A DNA stretch of 64,000 nt from a virus (taxonomy: Duplodnaviria > Caudoviricetes), in the IMG/VR virus record IMGVR_UViG_3300005077_000489, positions 64,001 through 128,000 of that record. One strand, given 5' to 3'. Shown here in pieces: positions 31,901 through 46,900 of this stretch; the stretch's first letter is position 1; each line of letters begins with the position of its first letter. Made by a program: the position numbers and the translations under genes. The notes under the pieces are model-generated. The model was given only the letters and a program-made list of their open reading frames with translations, searched no databases and was not told the origin of the DNA.

Positions 31901-34900
31901 GTAGAACGGGTACCACGGAGCTCTCCAAAATATTACAAGAACAGGGTATAGATGTTTCTAAGTTATCTGCTGATAGATTACAACCTATAGTTGATCTTAT
32001 TGATAAATACAGATCCGATGTAGAAACCGCTGTCTCTCGTGGTCGGGGCTTTGGTAGCAGAACAGCAGCGGAGACCTACGCGAGAGTTTCTGGTATAGAT
32101 ATTTCTTCATTAGATAAGAAGGCTAGGCAAGGTGTTACGCAGGGTATAACTGCTGTTGAAGATTTATTCACTAATATAAAACAAGAGTCTACAATCCTTG
32201 CAGAGTCTACTGGTAGAACACTTTATGAAGCTAGAGATGAGATATCCAAAAAAATTACAGAGACTATAAATAATTTTGATATAACCAAAGCCTTGGATGA
32301 TAAGACCTTGGCAGAAATGTCAAATGACTTAAGAGATAGACTTAAATCTTTAATACCAAAAGACTCTGAGAATGCTGCAAAACTAGAAGAGAATATTAAT
32401 AGTTTAGTTTCTAAGTTCACAAGTTACTTCCAAAAATTCCAACGACCCATATTAGAGATTTCTAAAGATATTCCTACTGATAAACTTAAGAAGAGTATCG
32501 TTGACCTATATGGAGCTATTGCCGGAAAAATAAATAGTCCAGCCATCAATGAACAAATTGAACTGGCTAAGCAAGTGTTTGAAAAGAATATGGGTCATTT
32601 AAGAGGAAAATTAGGAGAAGTTAAGTTTGCTGAATACCGGGATAAGTTTGCAGAAATGATGGTTACACGATATCAAATGTGGTCCGAGAGTATCAGAACT
32701 AAAATGGATGCATATATGAATTCGGCAAAAGACATGTTTACCAACATAGATGCTGCTTTGGGGGACACGTTTGGTAGGTCTTGGGATTATGTAAAAGGGA
32801 TAAATATCGGACCAAAATTGCAGGCTGTATTAACTGGCTTAGTAGGTAGTGCTGCGGAATTATTTGAAGGTGCACAATCTAGTTTTGCACTACCTCTTAG
32901 AGAAATAGAAAAACGGGTAAAACAATTAGACTGGAAGAGTACCTCGGATGTTATGCACGATGTTTGGTTTACACTACAAAAATCTTTAGTGTGGCTGCGT
33001 TCCGAAGCAGAAAGATATTCAGGAGAGGCTGAAAACTATAACAAAAAAGAACAGCAAGATCAGTTAAAACTAAGATTAAAACAGAGGGCAGCTTGGGAAC
33101 AAACATTAGCATTCCAGGGATTATCGAGAGAAGAGATACAAGGACCACCCGGTACAATAGCATTAAAACGACCAGAATCTTTACTAGCCGCTCCAAGTTT
33201 TGAAAGAGAAGGCATGTACAATATGGCTACAAAATATGGTCCCCTAGGGAGTTATGCCGACATCATTCAATCTTATAATGACATAGCTCGGGGTGCCTTA
33301 GCAGAAGGAAAGCCCTTTGGTACTAATTTGGGAACTGTCGTCCTAAGACCTGGATATGCACAACAGATGGGTATAGTTGGTGGCGGTACTAAATTAGGTG
33401 GAGTGGAGGTAGGACCTAAACTTCCTGTTACTTTAGGATACACTGCTGAAACAGGTGTTACCCCTATGGTTACTACACAACCTTTAGGTGGTATAGGTGG
33501 TCGTATTACACCACTGACTGAGTTACCAGAAGGTTCTATACAACTTGCTATGGGTGGCACCAGAATGATTAATTTTCGAGATACTTACGAAAAAGCAATC
33601 AGGTCTATAGCATACGGGGCTGGTATGAATGTATCTACCTACGCTGCACAAGAGAAGTTGAAGTTAGGTGCAGATTTTGAATGGGAAGTAAGGGGCTACG
33701 ATAAAGCTGTTAATTCTATGTGGAATATCTCCACTGCTCTGTTTAATATGAATAAGCAAATGGAAGAATTCAGAAAACAGGCTACTTCTGCTGGTGCTCA
33801 GACAGAGAGTGCTATGCAAAAGATAGAGGACATGAAACTAGACCAAAGGATGTTAGGTGCATTAATTAGACTAAAGGAAATGTTGGAAGAGTTCAATAAT
33901 GCCAAAGAAAAAATGACCTTTGATTTCGGTCTTGGAGAAGTAGAAGAAAACATCCGTGTGTTACAGAGGTCCCGTAGAGTAGGACTAGAAGGTATGGTAG
34001 GGTTGCCCACTAAAATGCCTACGGAATTAAGGTCTTGGTCTCAGTTGAAACCAGAGGAGCGAGCGGCTGTAGTCAGTCCGCAGTATGCCGCTTCTACACG
34101 CCGCTTAGCCGAAGCAGAGAGAAGACAAGGACTAGGTGAGAGGACGGAATTGCTCGCGGCTAAAGCAGATTATAGGGCTCGTGCATATGTGGATGAACTT
34201 AAGAAGCAGGTCAACTTAGAAAGAGAACTTGGTCCGGAAGCCTATCAAGCTTTATCAAGAGATATACTAACAGCAGATAATGAGACAGCCAGAAATACGT
34301 CGGTTAGTATAGGGCTACAAAAAGGTATGGTATCTGCACTAATCGGTATCAAAGACGCTATCACGGCAAACTTCTCCACAATGAAAGTAGAGGAAGTCTA
34401 TAAGGAAGCCATAAATTATAAGAAAACAGCGGAACAATTGGAACAGCAAGCATTAGCAATGGGTGTTCCCGAGAACTTGTCTCCGGAGATGCAAGAAAAA
34501 CAAAGGGGCTTAAATGAAAGAGCCCGCGTCTATAGGACTTTGTTTGAGGAAGGCAAAATAGAAATTTATGAGAGAACTAGAAGACCGGAAAAATCCCTTA
34601 TTACTCCTGAGTCCTTTCATAGGGTTGTATTAGGATTTCTGGCTAGTACAAAAGAGCAAGAAAGGACTATTAGGGCTAGCCTTAATGTTGGTAATAATAG
34701 AGCCGAGCAGGCACTATTTGATATTGCTACCAGACTACCACGTGAACGACGAAATGCATTCCTACAAAACAGGTATATAACAAAGAACATAGAGGCTGCT
34801 GGCAGCAATTATGTAGGTGTAGATTTTGCAGCGAATGTAGCCAAACGTCTTAAGAAATTTGATGACGAATGGTCTGAATTACAAGCCAGAAAGAAAGAGG

Positions 34901-37900
34901 GTAAGATATTAGAAGAGTATCTTAAACAGGCTCCACCACAGTTTCCAAACTACATGAAAGATTTCGTAGGTTTAGTGGGTATCAAATTAGGGGAAACCGT
35001 GGGTAAAAAGGTATTTGGTGACCCTGCCCGAGCACAACAAGCCAGTAAAGAATTATTAGAAAAAATGGTAAAATCCTCAGATTGGGAAAGGCAAATAATG
35101 CTAAACCAATCGGATTGGTTAAGACAAATTGCAGACAACACCAAAGCAATGAGAAGCAGTTCTCCTGCTTCTTCGGAAGATTTATATTCATATGGTCATA
35201 GTCCAGCAGACCGGCTAGTTAGAAACTTCTCGGCGGTGTCTTCTGGTTTAAATACATCTAGCCTGCTGGGTCCTGCCTTGATTGCTGCTGGTATGGTAGG
35301 TCTCTACAAATGGTTGGGGGGTAAGGGCGTTGCTTTAAATTTTATACCTGTTAGACAAGGGAACGTACCTGCAGCAGTATTATCTGACCAAAATCTAGCT
35401 AATATTTCTAAGGGACTCGACGGCTTAATTCGTAATTTTAAGTATTATAATGAAACACAAAAAATGGCATTTGACCAGGAGAAACTAGCTGCGTTAAGAG
35501 AACCTTCATGGCGTGGTGCTGTGGTAAGCCCGGATATAAGCAAAGGTCTAATACGCCGCGGTATCGCTGGTGGTGTTGCTGGATCTGTTCTAGGTATAGG
35601 TCTTTTACCTGCTGGGTTAGCTGCCGTTGCTTATACAGTGGCTAAACGATTAGAACCTAGTCTAGGTAAAGGTGTATTAAGCCGGTCTTTAGGTATTGGT
35701 CTAGGCACCAGCCTGCTGGCGGGTAGTGCAGCCAAAATGATTGGTCTAGGAGCTGCAACTTTTGCTCTTCCTATAATACCTATTGCGACAGTTTCTGCTA
35801 TCTATATGATGGTAAAAAGAATGGGTATGAGTGATACATGGTTGTCCGGACATATGGGGCATCCTATTTTTGGTAGGGGAGGGTACGAAGGTGGTATGTG
35901 GCGTGCTCGTGCCGAGATAGCGGATACCTTATTAAATAGATTTATAAAGGGAATTTCTAGGATACCTGAATTTTTTGGTGGTACTGGTCGTGGTCTTATA
36001 GGACGAGGCTTAACAGTAGGTGTTGGTGCTTCTCTGTTAGGTGCTCCTGGTCTGGCAGCAGGTTTAGCATATGGAGGTGGTGCTTTTGCATATAGATTAG
36101 CAACAGGTAAAGCCCCAGTAGGTCCAGGGTGGATGCAGACTGCGGGAGCACTAGGACAAGATGTTTTTACCGGCAAACTTGGTGCATTCCTTAATAGATT
36201 TCTGTCGGAACCTTACGGTGTACCGGGACCTAGAACAGGTAGATTTGGTAGGTATGCTAGAGATATAGAGACTCGTTATGCTCCTGGTACCACAGAGAAT
36301 TCTTTGGCACGTGCTTTCCAAGATCGACGTTTCATGAATGAATTTTTTATACAATTAGAAAGAGATGGGATACGCCTTGCTAAATTCAGTAATTGGTTAG
36401 CTACCACTGGTGAAAGATTAGCACCGCGTTTCTTTGGATATGTTTCTTCTCGGGTTTCTTCAGGCGGTGCCGATATTCGGTCTTACCCCTCTAGATTTTG
36501 GGAGGAAGCCAAGGATACTCTAACGAAGAGTAGTGAATTTAGACGTGGTTTCTATACTGATGTTCTAAACAGAATACCTCTTTCTCTAGAGAGGGCTGTC
36601 AGCGGAGCATTTAGTTCTAATTTAGTGCAACGGAGTATGTTGGGTACTGGTAAGTTAGCGACTGGTCTTCTGGAGAATTTATTAATTGGTACTATAAGTA
36701 TGGCTACCAGACGTGGTAATTTAGCAGTGGGTAATATGGCTGCTGGTACTGCTAGGGAATTAAGTCTCTACAGGGGAACTGGTAAAATTGTAGAGGGTAT
36801 TTCTAGCACATTAGAATTTACGAGAGCCTTAGTAAACGTCACCCAAGCATCCCTAGAGGCTGCTAGACAAGGAAAATATTTGTCTCACGTATTTAAACAA
36901 ATGGCTGATAGTGGGCAAGGGTTCTTCCGAACCTTGTTGACTAAGGTAAGAGACGAAAGACTTTATAGACAATTAGATTTGTTAAAGACAGCACCATTAA
37001 GTACTGTATCCAGAGCAGCTACAGAACCAATCTTTAGTTTGGCGTATGGAGCTGGTGGTTATACTGCCACTAGAATTCCTAGGGCTGGTACTCCTGTAGA
37101 GAATGTTTCTACGTTGCGTCAAAGAATGTCTGAAAGATGGCGAGTAGCAGGGTTACCGGAATATACTTTGCACGGAGAAAGGTTGCCTTGGGGTTTGAGT
37201 GGTGCAGGTATGAAATTAGGTGGTGCTTATGGAGCTGCCGCTGGTGCTATGGGAGGTCCTCTTGGTTTTCTTACTACTCCGTTATCTATGGTTATAGGTG
37301 GTGCTCTAGGAGCATTAGGAGGCGGTAGATTATTAGGTGCTTCTGCTGGAAGAGCAGGTATGACCAAGTTAGATATTAGGAATCGTGCTAGAGAAATGCA
37401 AGCAATTTTCGGTAATGCTCCCCGCAGAGCGTTAGAAAGAATAGCCGAGGAAGAGTTAAGCACTATGAGTGGAAAGGTCTATAAGACTGAACCTCAGTTT
37501 CTTAAACGTGTGTGGAATTATTTCACTGGTAAACAACAGGTAGGTGGCGGGCTAGAGTCTTTATATGAACTACAACAAATGAAGCCCGTTCCACCGGCTA
37601 AAGGTAAAGGTGTTGTAGAACTTGCTAGAGAAGCCAGAAATATTAGAATGGACCAAATAGAAAGAGAGTTTATGGCTGCTGGTGGTAGACCTGAAGATTT
37701 ATCTTCATTTAAATATACTAGAACTAGACCAGTTAAAGTTATGCCAGAATTTAGTCTACAGGCACCATATGAAGAAAGATTGGCTGCTGCTCGTAGTATG
37801 CCTGACTACAAAGAAGTACAAAAGAAATTAATGGACTTGTCCAGGGAAAGGGTTAATGTAAAAAGCAGACTACAACAATTAAATTCTAGTATTCCTACAG

Positions 37901-40900
37901 AGTTCAATGCTTATAATACTATAATAGATGACCTTACGCAGCAATTGCGCAATGTGGAATCTTCTATGACAAAAATTACGGATGCTAGGAATAAGATTTA
38001 TGCAGAACAGATAGCATCAGATTTACGAAAACAATTAAGTACTGTTACTAATGAAAGAAATACAAAAGTAGGAGCAATGGAAAGGGAGAGAAGCTCATTA
38101 GAAGCCAGACAATCTTCTTTGATAAAAGAAGCTGTTTCTTTAGATAAACAGAGAGTTTCAATACAAGAGACATGGCTAAGAGGAACATTTACCCAAGAGG
38201 AATGGGCGGCACAAATTAATGCTTTGAATGAGAGGAAGCAAGCCCTGAAAGAACTAAAAAATGCTGCAAGAACCAGAGGTGGACAAGCTCAAGTCAATGC
38301 GGAAACACTTATTGGTAGCAAAACTTATAGAGGAAAACTTTTAGCAAATGTGGACGTAGAAAGTGGGGTGAAAAAATTAAAACTAGAAAGAAATAAATCT
38401 TATATATTCGAGGCAATGTATGGTTCTACAGATGATATACAAAAACAAGTGAGAAGAGCTAAGTATGAAGAAACAAAATTAATGAAGAGAAGAGTGATAT
38501 ATGCAAAACAGTATGGGGCTGGTCCATTAGTATCTGATACCCAAGATAAATTAGATAAAATTAGAGAACGTATAGCAAAGTTACAAGGTAGAGAAAGAGA
38601 TTCTATAAATTGGGATTCCTTTAGAAAACAATATGCTGAAGAGATTGCAGACTTAAAGATAATAGAAGATTTCCAGACTACTAGGAATAATGTAAGAGAA
38701 CAAATACGAAAATATGACGCGGAATTAACTGCAACAGAGGGAGAGAAAGCTCAATTAAGGAATATGAGAGGAAGCCAGAGTGAAGCCAAGAAAGCCTCTA
38801 AGAAGGTAGGAAAGATATTAGGTACGAAAACTTCTACTACTCCTGGGACACCAGATACACTGGATGAGCTAGTAGGACTTACCCAAGATGAAATAAGAGA
38901 AATTAGTCGTAGACGGGAGTCTCGTATGAATTTGGGTGTAGAAACTACATCTAGAACAGGTATGAGGACCACAGGATTAGGAAAGTTACAAAGTATGGCA
39001 GCCCGCCGCGAAGAAATGTTGGTGGGTATCGAAGAGACTTTAACTAAGGCTCCTAAAGACCTACAGAAATCTATAAGAGAAAGATATTTGCGAACTATGG
39101 CTGAAGAAAATGTAATGTCTGCTATACCTAATGCTAGTCAAGAAGTACAAAATCTTGCCATCGAACGTGCGGTCAAACTTACTAAAGGTGCAGTTCCTCC
39201 TGTTAGAGATGTGGCAGAATGGTTAGTAAGTAGTGCTAAAGAAGGTAAAGCGGATGATATACTAAAATTGAGTGGTCTCAATGTAGATGACTTTGTAAAT
39301 TTGAAAACAATAACAGGCATCGATGATGCTATTGCTAAAAATCTAGGAGACAGATTACCAGAAATTTTAAAATCTCAAAGGGATGCTTATAACAATATAA
39401 AACCTCAAATAAAATTATTAGAGGCTGTTTATGATGACTTTAGAGATACTTCAAGATTATTTAATGAAGTTGGTGCGGGTGGTAAAAAGGGCTTAGTCTA
39501 TACTGAAACACAAGCTAAAGCAATGATGACTAGGCTTAGAGAGGCACTGGGTACAGAATTGGATGATATAATTAAACGGACTACTCCTGGGGGTGCTACT
39601 GACCTTGATATATTAGAAAGGAATCCTGTTGCAGTTCAAGAGATTGAAAAAGCTCTCAAAGGTGGTTTGAAAACTAAGAGGAAAGAATTAGGAAGATTAG
39701 AAACATCTTTGGATATAAAAGGTTTATTAGGGGATCGACAAAGTGCAATCCAGGAATTAGAGAGATTACAGAATTTAATGTTAAAGGAAGGTAGTAGTGA
39801 CCTTGCAAAGAACGATTTAACTTCTTTAATGATGCAGCAAGGTAATAAAATAAAAGATATAGACAATCAAATAAAGATGATGATCTCCGACGAGGGCTTG
39901 TTAGCATCTACTATAAAGAAGTTTATTAATGAAGGCAAAGTTTTACAAGACGAAATAGACAGATTACAAAAACAATATAAAGATGTGGAGCGACAAGTAG
40001 GGCAGGCGAAATTATTAAAGAATATAAAGACACCTGTACAAGCGGACTTAGAGAAGTTAGATGAACCAGTAAGAAACCTGTATAGGAATTTAGGAAATAA
40101 TTCTGATGAATTAGTAACCCACTTGGAAAAGAATTTATTAAATGCAAAGTCACAACTAGATAATTTACGTGAGGTGGCAGCAGGTAGGGCAGAGGTTCCC
40201 TTAAAACCGGCACAACTATTAGTACAACAAGAATTACTAACGAAATTAGAAGATATAGCTAAAGCATTTCGCTCCGGAGATAAGGCGGTTACGGATAAAG
40301 CAATCGGTCAACTCTCAAGATTGTTTGCAGCAAATGTAGATATACCTAGCGAGGTTTTACGTAATAATAGAGAATTTATTATGAATGTATTACAGATGGG
40401 CTCACAAGCACAATCTCCTTATTATGCCCCTGTACAATCACTATTCAATGTGGTTAAGGGTTCTGGGAAAAGTGCAATAGAGCAGGCTAACATTTTAGAT
40501 TCCGTGGTGGGAATGTTTGATGATGCAGTAAAAAGAGGTCATAGTTTTAATGATACATTAATGAAGGTAGAAGGACACTTATTAAAGTTTGGGTATGATA
40601 CACAGCAAGCAATGCGTTCTATACGTGATGCTGGAGATGATTTAGCAAAATTAACTAGAACTGCTGTTTTTGCTGCAGAAGGTACCCGTCCTGGTGGAGG
40701 CGCATTTGCTACTGTAGGTCCTAGAATGCACGGTCCTGGTATAGGTGGTATGATGCTAGCAATGGCTGGCACCGAGCTAGGTGCACAGGGATTACAATCA
40801 GCCTTTGGTATAAGTCCACTAACATCCTATGGCACTATCCTTGGTGGTGTTGCATTACATCAATTGATCAGCGGTGGCCGGGGACCTGGCTCTGAGATTG

Positions 40901-43900
40901 GTGTGATGAGCAGAATAGGTAGAGGTTTGGCGGGTGTGAATGAATCTGGTTGGGGGCGTACCGGTGGCCTATGGGGAGATTTGACTTCTGCGTTTAGACC
41001 CTCAGAATATGCTAAGTCTATTGGTTTTCCTGCTAAAGATTGGGCTACAAGAACTGGCGGGCTTTCCGGTATTAGTGGTTGGTTTGGCAAATGGCGAGAA
41101 ATTAGTACATATAAAGCTAATTTGCCAGCGACTGCCGCCGCAGAGGTGGGGCTTGCCGAGAAATGGTTAGGTCCTGGAGGTAAGCATCTAGGTGCTAATC
41201 TTTCTATGGCTGCTAAAGCACTGCCTGTTGTTATGTTGGGAGTTGAATCTATTTTTGCTCAACAACGGGAATCCGAGCGCGGCTACAAAGGTGCTACTGG
41301 ATTCATGGGCGGTTTTCTAGAGGTATTAACTCCTTCTGCTATGGCTATGATTGCTGCCTATGTTGCTGGTTCTATAGCAACAGGGGGTATTATGTCTATA
41401 GTGGCTGCAGCAGCCGCTGGTGCAGGTGCTTATACCTTGGCTACCCCATTAGGCGAGAAGGTAAAAAATGTTTACTATGGTGCAACTGGTGCTGTTCCTG
41501 TTCTTACAAAAACCATGCAAGAAGAGGAGTTAAAGGCATACAGCCCTGCGGCTAGAAGAAGTTTAGAATTTAAGAGGGCTAATGCTGAATTAGAGAGACT
41601 AAGACAAGAAACTCAAACGACTCTTCCTTCTAGGGCACTCAGTTTGATGATGCCTCTAGTGGGTGCGGGCGGCATGATGTTTACATTTGACCGACTATCC
41701 CGGAACATGGAACGAGAACAAGGCTTTACTAACGCACAAAAAACTGTGGCATCTCTAGGACAGTTGCTGTCTGATGGCGGGGATATCACGAAGATGCCGT
41801 TTCTGGCTAAGTATATGCAGCAAACCCCAGAATTAAAGGCTGAATATGACAAAATAGTAAAGTATAAGGAAGAGATGGATTCGGCTGTGGGGGGTAAGGA
41901 TAAAGAAGAGAAACGTAAACGCTATCAAGATGCTGTGAATGAAGGTCTCAATAAGTTCACTACTGCACTTAAAAGGTCATCAGACTTAGTGGAAATGATT
42001 ACCATAGATCAATACACGGAGAACGAGGCATTAAAACAGTCCTCTTTATCTCTAGTAAATCTTGCTGAGGTAGCCGCAAGAACAAAAACAATATTTGAGG
42101 AAATGCCAAAGGCTTGGGCTATCCAGGAGCAACCTTGGGGAGAGAGATTATCCGGACCGGAGGTCCCTAATTATAGGGGTCGTTTTGAAAGAACAGTTAC
42201 AGATTTAATGAAGGAAGAGGCACCAGAAGTCTACAACAGCGGTATGGCTGCTATAGAGGCAGATAAGGTGGCTTATTCTAAATTACTAAAAGAGAGAGAA
42301 AAAGAACGTAATATAATTGGAGATATGAGAAACCAGCAAGAGTCCATGAATCGATCTGTGGGTGCTAATTTAGATAAATTAAAACTTACTGGTGAAACTT
42401 TAGAAAAAGTAAAAACATTAGTACGCTTGGAAGGAGAATTTATTAATGCTCCACAATCTGAGGTGGGCAGTAGGGTTTTGGAATTAGATAAATTAGCAAA
42501 GGATTTGGGAAAACTTGGTAATTATATGTCTACTCAATCTTCATATGAATTCAAGGATGTTTGGAGAGTAGAAGCAAATAAATTAAGTAATTATTCTACC
42601 TTAAAGATGCCTTTAGCCGGAGCACAAGAAACCCTGAATGCTTTATCAGAGTTTGAGAATAGATTAGGGGAAAGAGTAAAGAAAGAAGGTCTTACTGAAG
42701 AAAATAGGAAAAACTTAGAAATTGTAAAGAAGGCTAAACCAGGATTACAAAAACAAATTGATGCAAGAGAGGGTGCTGAAAAAGTATTAACCAGATTACC
42801 TAGTGAGGTGGATGAACTCATTCGTAGACGTAGTAGTTTAGATTCACAGAGAAAATTGATAGAAGACGAGACCAAAGCCTTAGAAGAAAACAGGCATTCC
42901 AGAGCCGCCATCATACAGCAGTTGATGGAGTATACCGAAGTAATGAAGGTATTACATCAAGCACAGCGGCAGCTACTAGAAACAGAGACTGTACGAGTAT
43001 CTAATATGCCGGGTGGTGGTGCCCAAACTAGAAGAATGTATGAAGGAAGACTTCCTAATCAAATGATGTTTGGTACAGAGACCTCGGCAATACCACTTCA
43101 AGATTTAATGCCAAAATCTGTAACGCAACTTACTGCTATGGACTTATTTGCTCTATCTAATAAGACGGGCATGAATGATCTGAATAAAGTATACACTGCC
43201 TATAAAAAGGCGGAACAGAATATGTATGAAATACGTACTTCATTAGATACTGCTATGTCAACAGCAACATTGGAGAAATCCCGCATAAATAAGTTTGGCG
43301 ATCTAGTTAATAAAGGTGTATTTAATCAAAAGGATGAACTGACTAATTTGGTGGATACTGGTATTAATTACGTTAATAAGATACAGGGGGTGTTATCTGA
43401 TTATGGTGACCAACTCCCGGCAACTATAAAAACGGCATTAGAGAAACAAACCAATGAATATAAAACTCAATATGATAGGGTAACTAAACAGGAAACCAAG
43501 TTAAAGGAAGCGGAGCAAGAATTAACCGATCTTTACAAAATTGATACAATTCCAAAGGAGCAACAACTTAAGACCTTGGAAAGGGGAGTAGAAGGCAATA
43601 AACCAGAAAGAATTATTGCTACTGAGAAACGTATTAAAATTGGTTTAAACCAGACCATAATAGACCTAAATAAAGAAGGACTTACACGTTCCGACCAGTA
43701 TTTAATGTTGGAAGAGCGGAAAGCCACTGCTAGAAATTCAATGGAACAATATGAGAGAGCTGGTAATAAATCAAATGCTGCTTCTGAAAAAGATAAATTA
43801 GAGGAGTTGGAAGTAATTTCCAAAGTGCTCCTGGAGAAAACGCCAAAATTACCAGAATATTCTAAAGTAAAGAAAGAACTGGACGATTTAGCTAAACAGA

Positions 43901-46900
43901 AAACAGATAAATCTGCAGCGATTGAAAATCTTAAATCTGATATAAAGAAAGCAAAGGAATCTATGGATGCAATAGAAAAATCCATAGTCAAACTTCCTAA
44001 GGATAAACTACAATCAGCACAAGCAGAATTAGATAAAGCTCGAAGAAGGGTAGGGGAATTGGAAAAACAGCGGAGTTCCAAGCAAGTAGAGTTTGAGGCG
44101 GCAAGTAAAGCCCTCGTAGATACTCGTAATAAGTATTTGGATGCTATCTTTTCTAGTGTTGCCGAACAACTTAAGATAGCAGCGGATGCTATAGGCGAGA
44201 GAAATAAGGCGGCATTTGGTTATAAACTAGATCAAGGTAAGCTATATTCTCCGTTGGCGGGCATGATGTCAGGGGTATCGATGCCAACACAATTAGATAT
44301 CGGAAAAAATTATGTTGAAATGAGTGCCCAAGAAAGGTTTGCCGCTTTTAATCCTGAAGAATATTCTACTGCTGCAAAATCTCAAGAAGCCTATAACTCC
44401 GTATTGAAGCAATTATCTTATGTTACAGATGAATTAGTCAAATCAGAAGTAGAGATGATAATGCAAAGACAGGCGTTGGCTAAAATAGAAGACCAAAACA
44501 GTGAGCAGTACAAGAAGACTAAACGAACACTTGAGGACTTAGAAGTACGCAAAAGAGCTACTGAGCAGGCTATGGAAGAATATAGAGCCAGAGCATTAGA
44601 AAAACGTGTGGAAGCAGAAAAAAGAGCACAAGAAACTAGAATGGCTGTATTAGGGCATGAAACTAAGCGTTTTATAGAATCTACCACTAGGTCGATGGAA
44701 GAAGGAATTATTGGTATAACCGACAAATTTAGTCAGGCTTTTCGTATGTCTCCTTTGGTTGGTGCTACTGCTGGTTTGGCTACTCCTTTTAATATTAATA
44801 CTGGGAAAACAGAATTGCAACTGAGCCCACAAGAACGCGTTGCCCTGAATAACAATCAGTTATATAGAGCAGCATCTACAACGCAAGAAGAATTGCGTTT
44901 GGCTTCTGAACGTATTTCCAAGCTAGAGGGTAGAAGGGCTACTCTGCAGGCTGAGCAGCAAGAAGCAGCCCGCCTCGGTAACACTAGGTTAGTAGACGAA
45001 TATCAGAATAGGATAAATGCACTTACGCAAGAAATACAAAAAAATACTGATGAATTTAATAATTTGAGAAACTCTTCCAGAGAACTGATGGAGGAATTCA
45101 GGCAACAAGTCTGGGTAGAAGAGGTGAAGCGGCAATTATTGGACGTTGGTCTAGAAATGAAAAAAACTATAATAGGTTTTGGACAAGCCTTTGAACGTTC
45201 TAAAATATTTTCTCCTGTAACAGGAACTATGGCAGGTATAGGTTACTCAGGGGAAATCCCCAGAATACAAGAACTCCCAGAATTAAGTTCTAGTCAATTA
45301 TATGCTAAATATCAACCGGCGGGATACAGAGCAGGCATGGAGGCTATAAATCGTAGGAAGGCGTATGAACAAGCTATCTCTAGATACGACACAAATATAC
45401 AACAAATGGAAGCCCAATCTGCTATGGGCGGTGAGGCTGGTAAGGAAGCAGCGGCAAAGTTACCAGGATTATATGAAGCACGTCAGAAGTTGCTAGACCA
45501 GTATGATGCTGAGAAAAGTATATTAGAAGGTATAATAAAGGCTACTATGGAAGCCAATATGCGTTTTGAAGTTTTACGCGATGTCATACAGTCTGTTCAT
45601 AAGACAGTTAGTGCTATAGCACAAGGTATGGGACAATTAGTAGCAGCGGGGTTAAAGAGCCCGGTAGCGGGAGCCGCCAAGGGCCTCGTTCCTTATCAGT
45701 GGCAGGTCGCTAAACAAGAATTTGAACTTACTCCACAAGAAGTAGTAAATAAGTATGCTCCTAATATGGCAATGTCTGCTCATATGCAGCAACAAACTAT
45801 AGACACAATGGCAAACATGGCTGGAGAATTTACTACCAAAAGACAAGAAGCACTAATGAAGGCCCAGTTGGCAGAGACTCCGGAGGAACGTAATAGGTAT
45901 CTTAAGAAAGCAGATTATTATGGTGAGGCTTCTACTAGATTTGCTGATGCTGCCGAAGAGGCTCGTGCTGCATTGGAACCGTTGATTGAAAAATTAACTG
46001 CGTTAGCCAAAGTTGCTGAGGTTGCACAGAAATTTGAACAACTAGACCGCCAACTAAATATCTTAGCTAATACTCGTTGGGGTATGGATACTATACGTAT
46101 GGAGACCGAGATGGGTAAGCACCCGTCTTCATTACAAAGGGGGAGGTATGTAGAGGTAGGTGGTCGTTTAGAGTATATACCCGGCTTGGGCAGTGGTTCT
46201 ATGAATATACCCGGTATCCCTGGTGCCTATGCTGGTAGTTCCGGGTGGTACCAAACAGAGTACGAAAAGATTCCCGGCACGGAGTATGAAGTTCCTAGAG
46301 CATTCCAACCTGGTAGTAAAGAATGGCAGGAAATGAGAGTACTAGAGTTAAAACGGGATTCCGGCGAAGTAAAAGGTCCTGACTATGAACGGCAAAGAGC
46401 GATGATAACTTGGAATGCGGGTGAAGCACAAATACAATATTTGCAGAAGAGAGAGGACCAAAAATTTGAGAGACAGAAAGGTATAGCAGTACAAGCAGAA
46501 ACGGCGATAGAAGAAGCTCTTATAGGTTATAGCGATACATTACCACAACTACGGGGAATGTTAGAGCCTTATCGGGAGATGATAAAAGAGGATATGCAGC
46601 ATGCTGCAGATATCGTTGGAGAAGGTCCCGGCGGGGTATTACAACGGAGAGGCTTCCAAAGTTTGAGCGAAATGAAGAATGTTGCTTCTGAGTTGAAACA
46701 AATGATAAAGGCTGAAGATGCTCAAAATACTGCCCGTTATACTTGGTACCCAATAGTTAGACAATTAAAAGAATTACAAGAAGCATTAACAGGACAGTTA
46801 TCGGAAGAAACTCCAGAAGAAAAGGAAGCTAGAAAGCAAAATGAAGACGCTAAGAAATACTTTACTGAGAGATTAGATAAAATTACCTTAAAAGATAATA

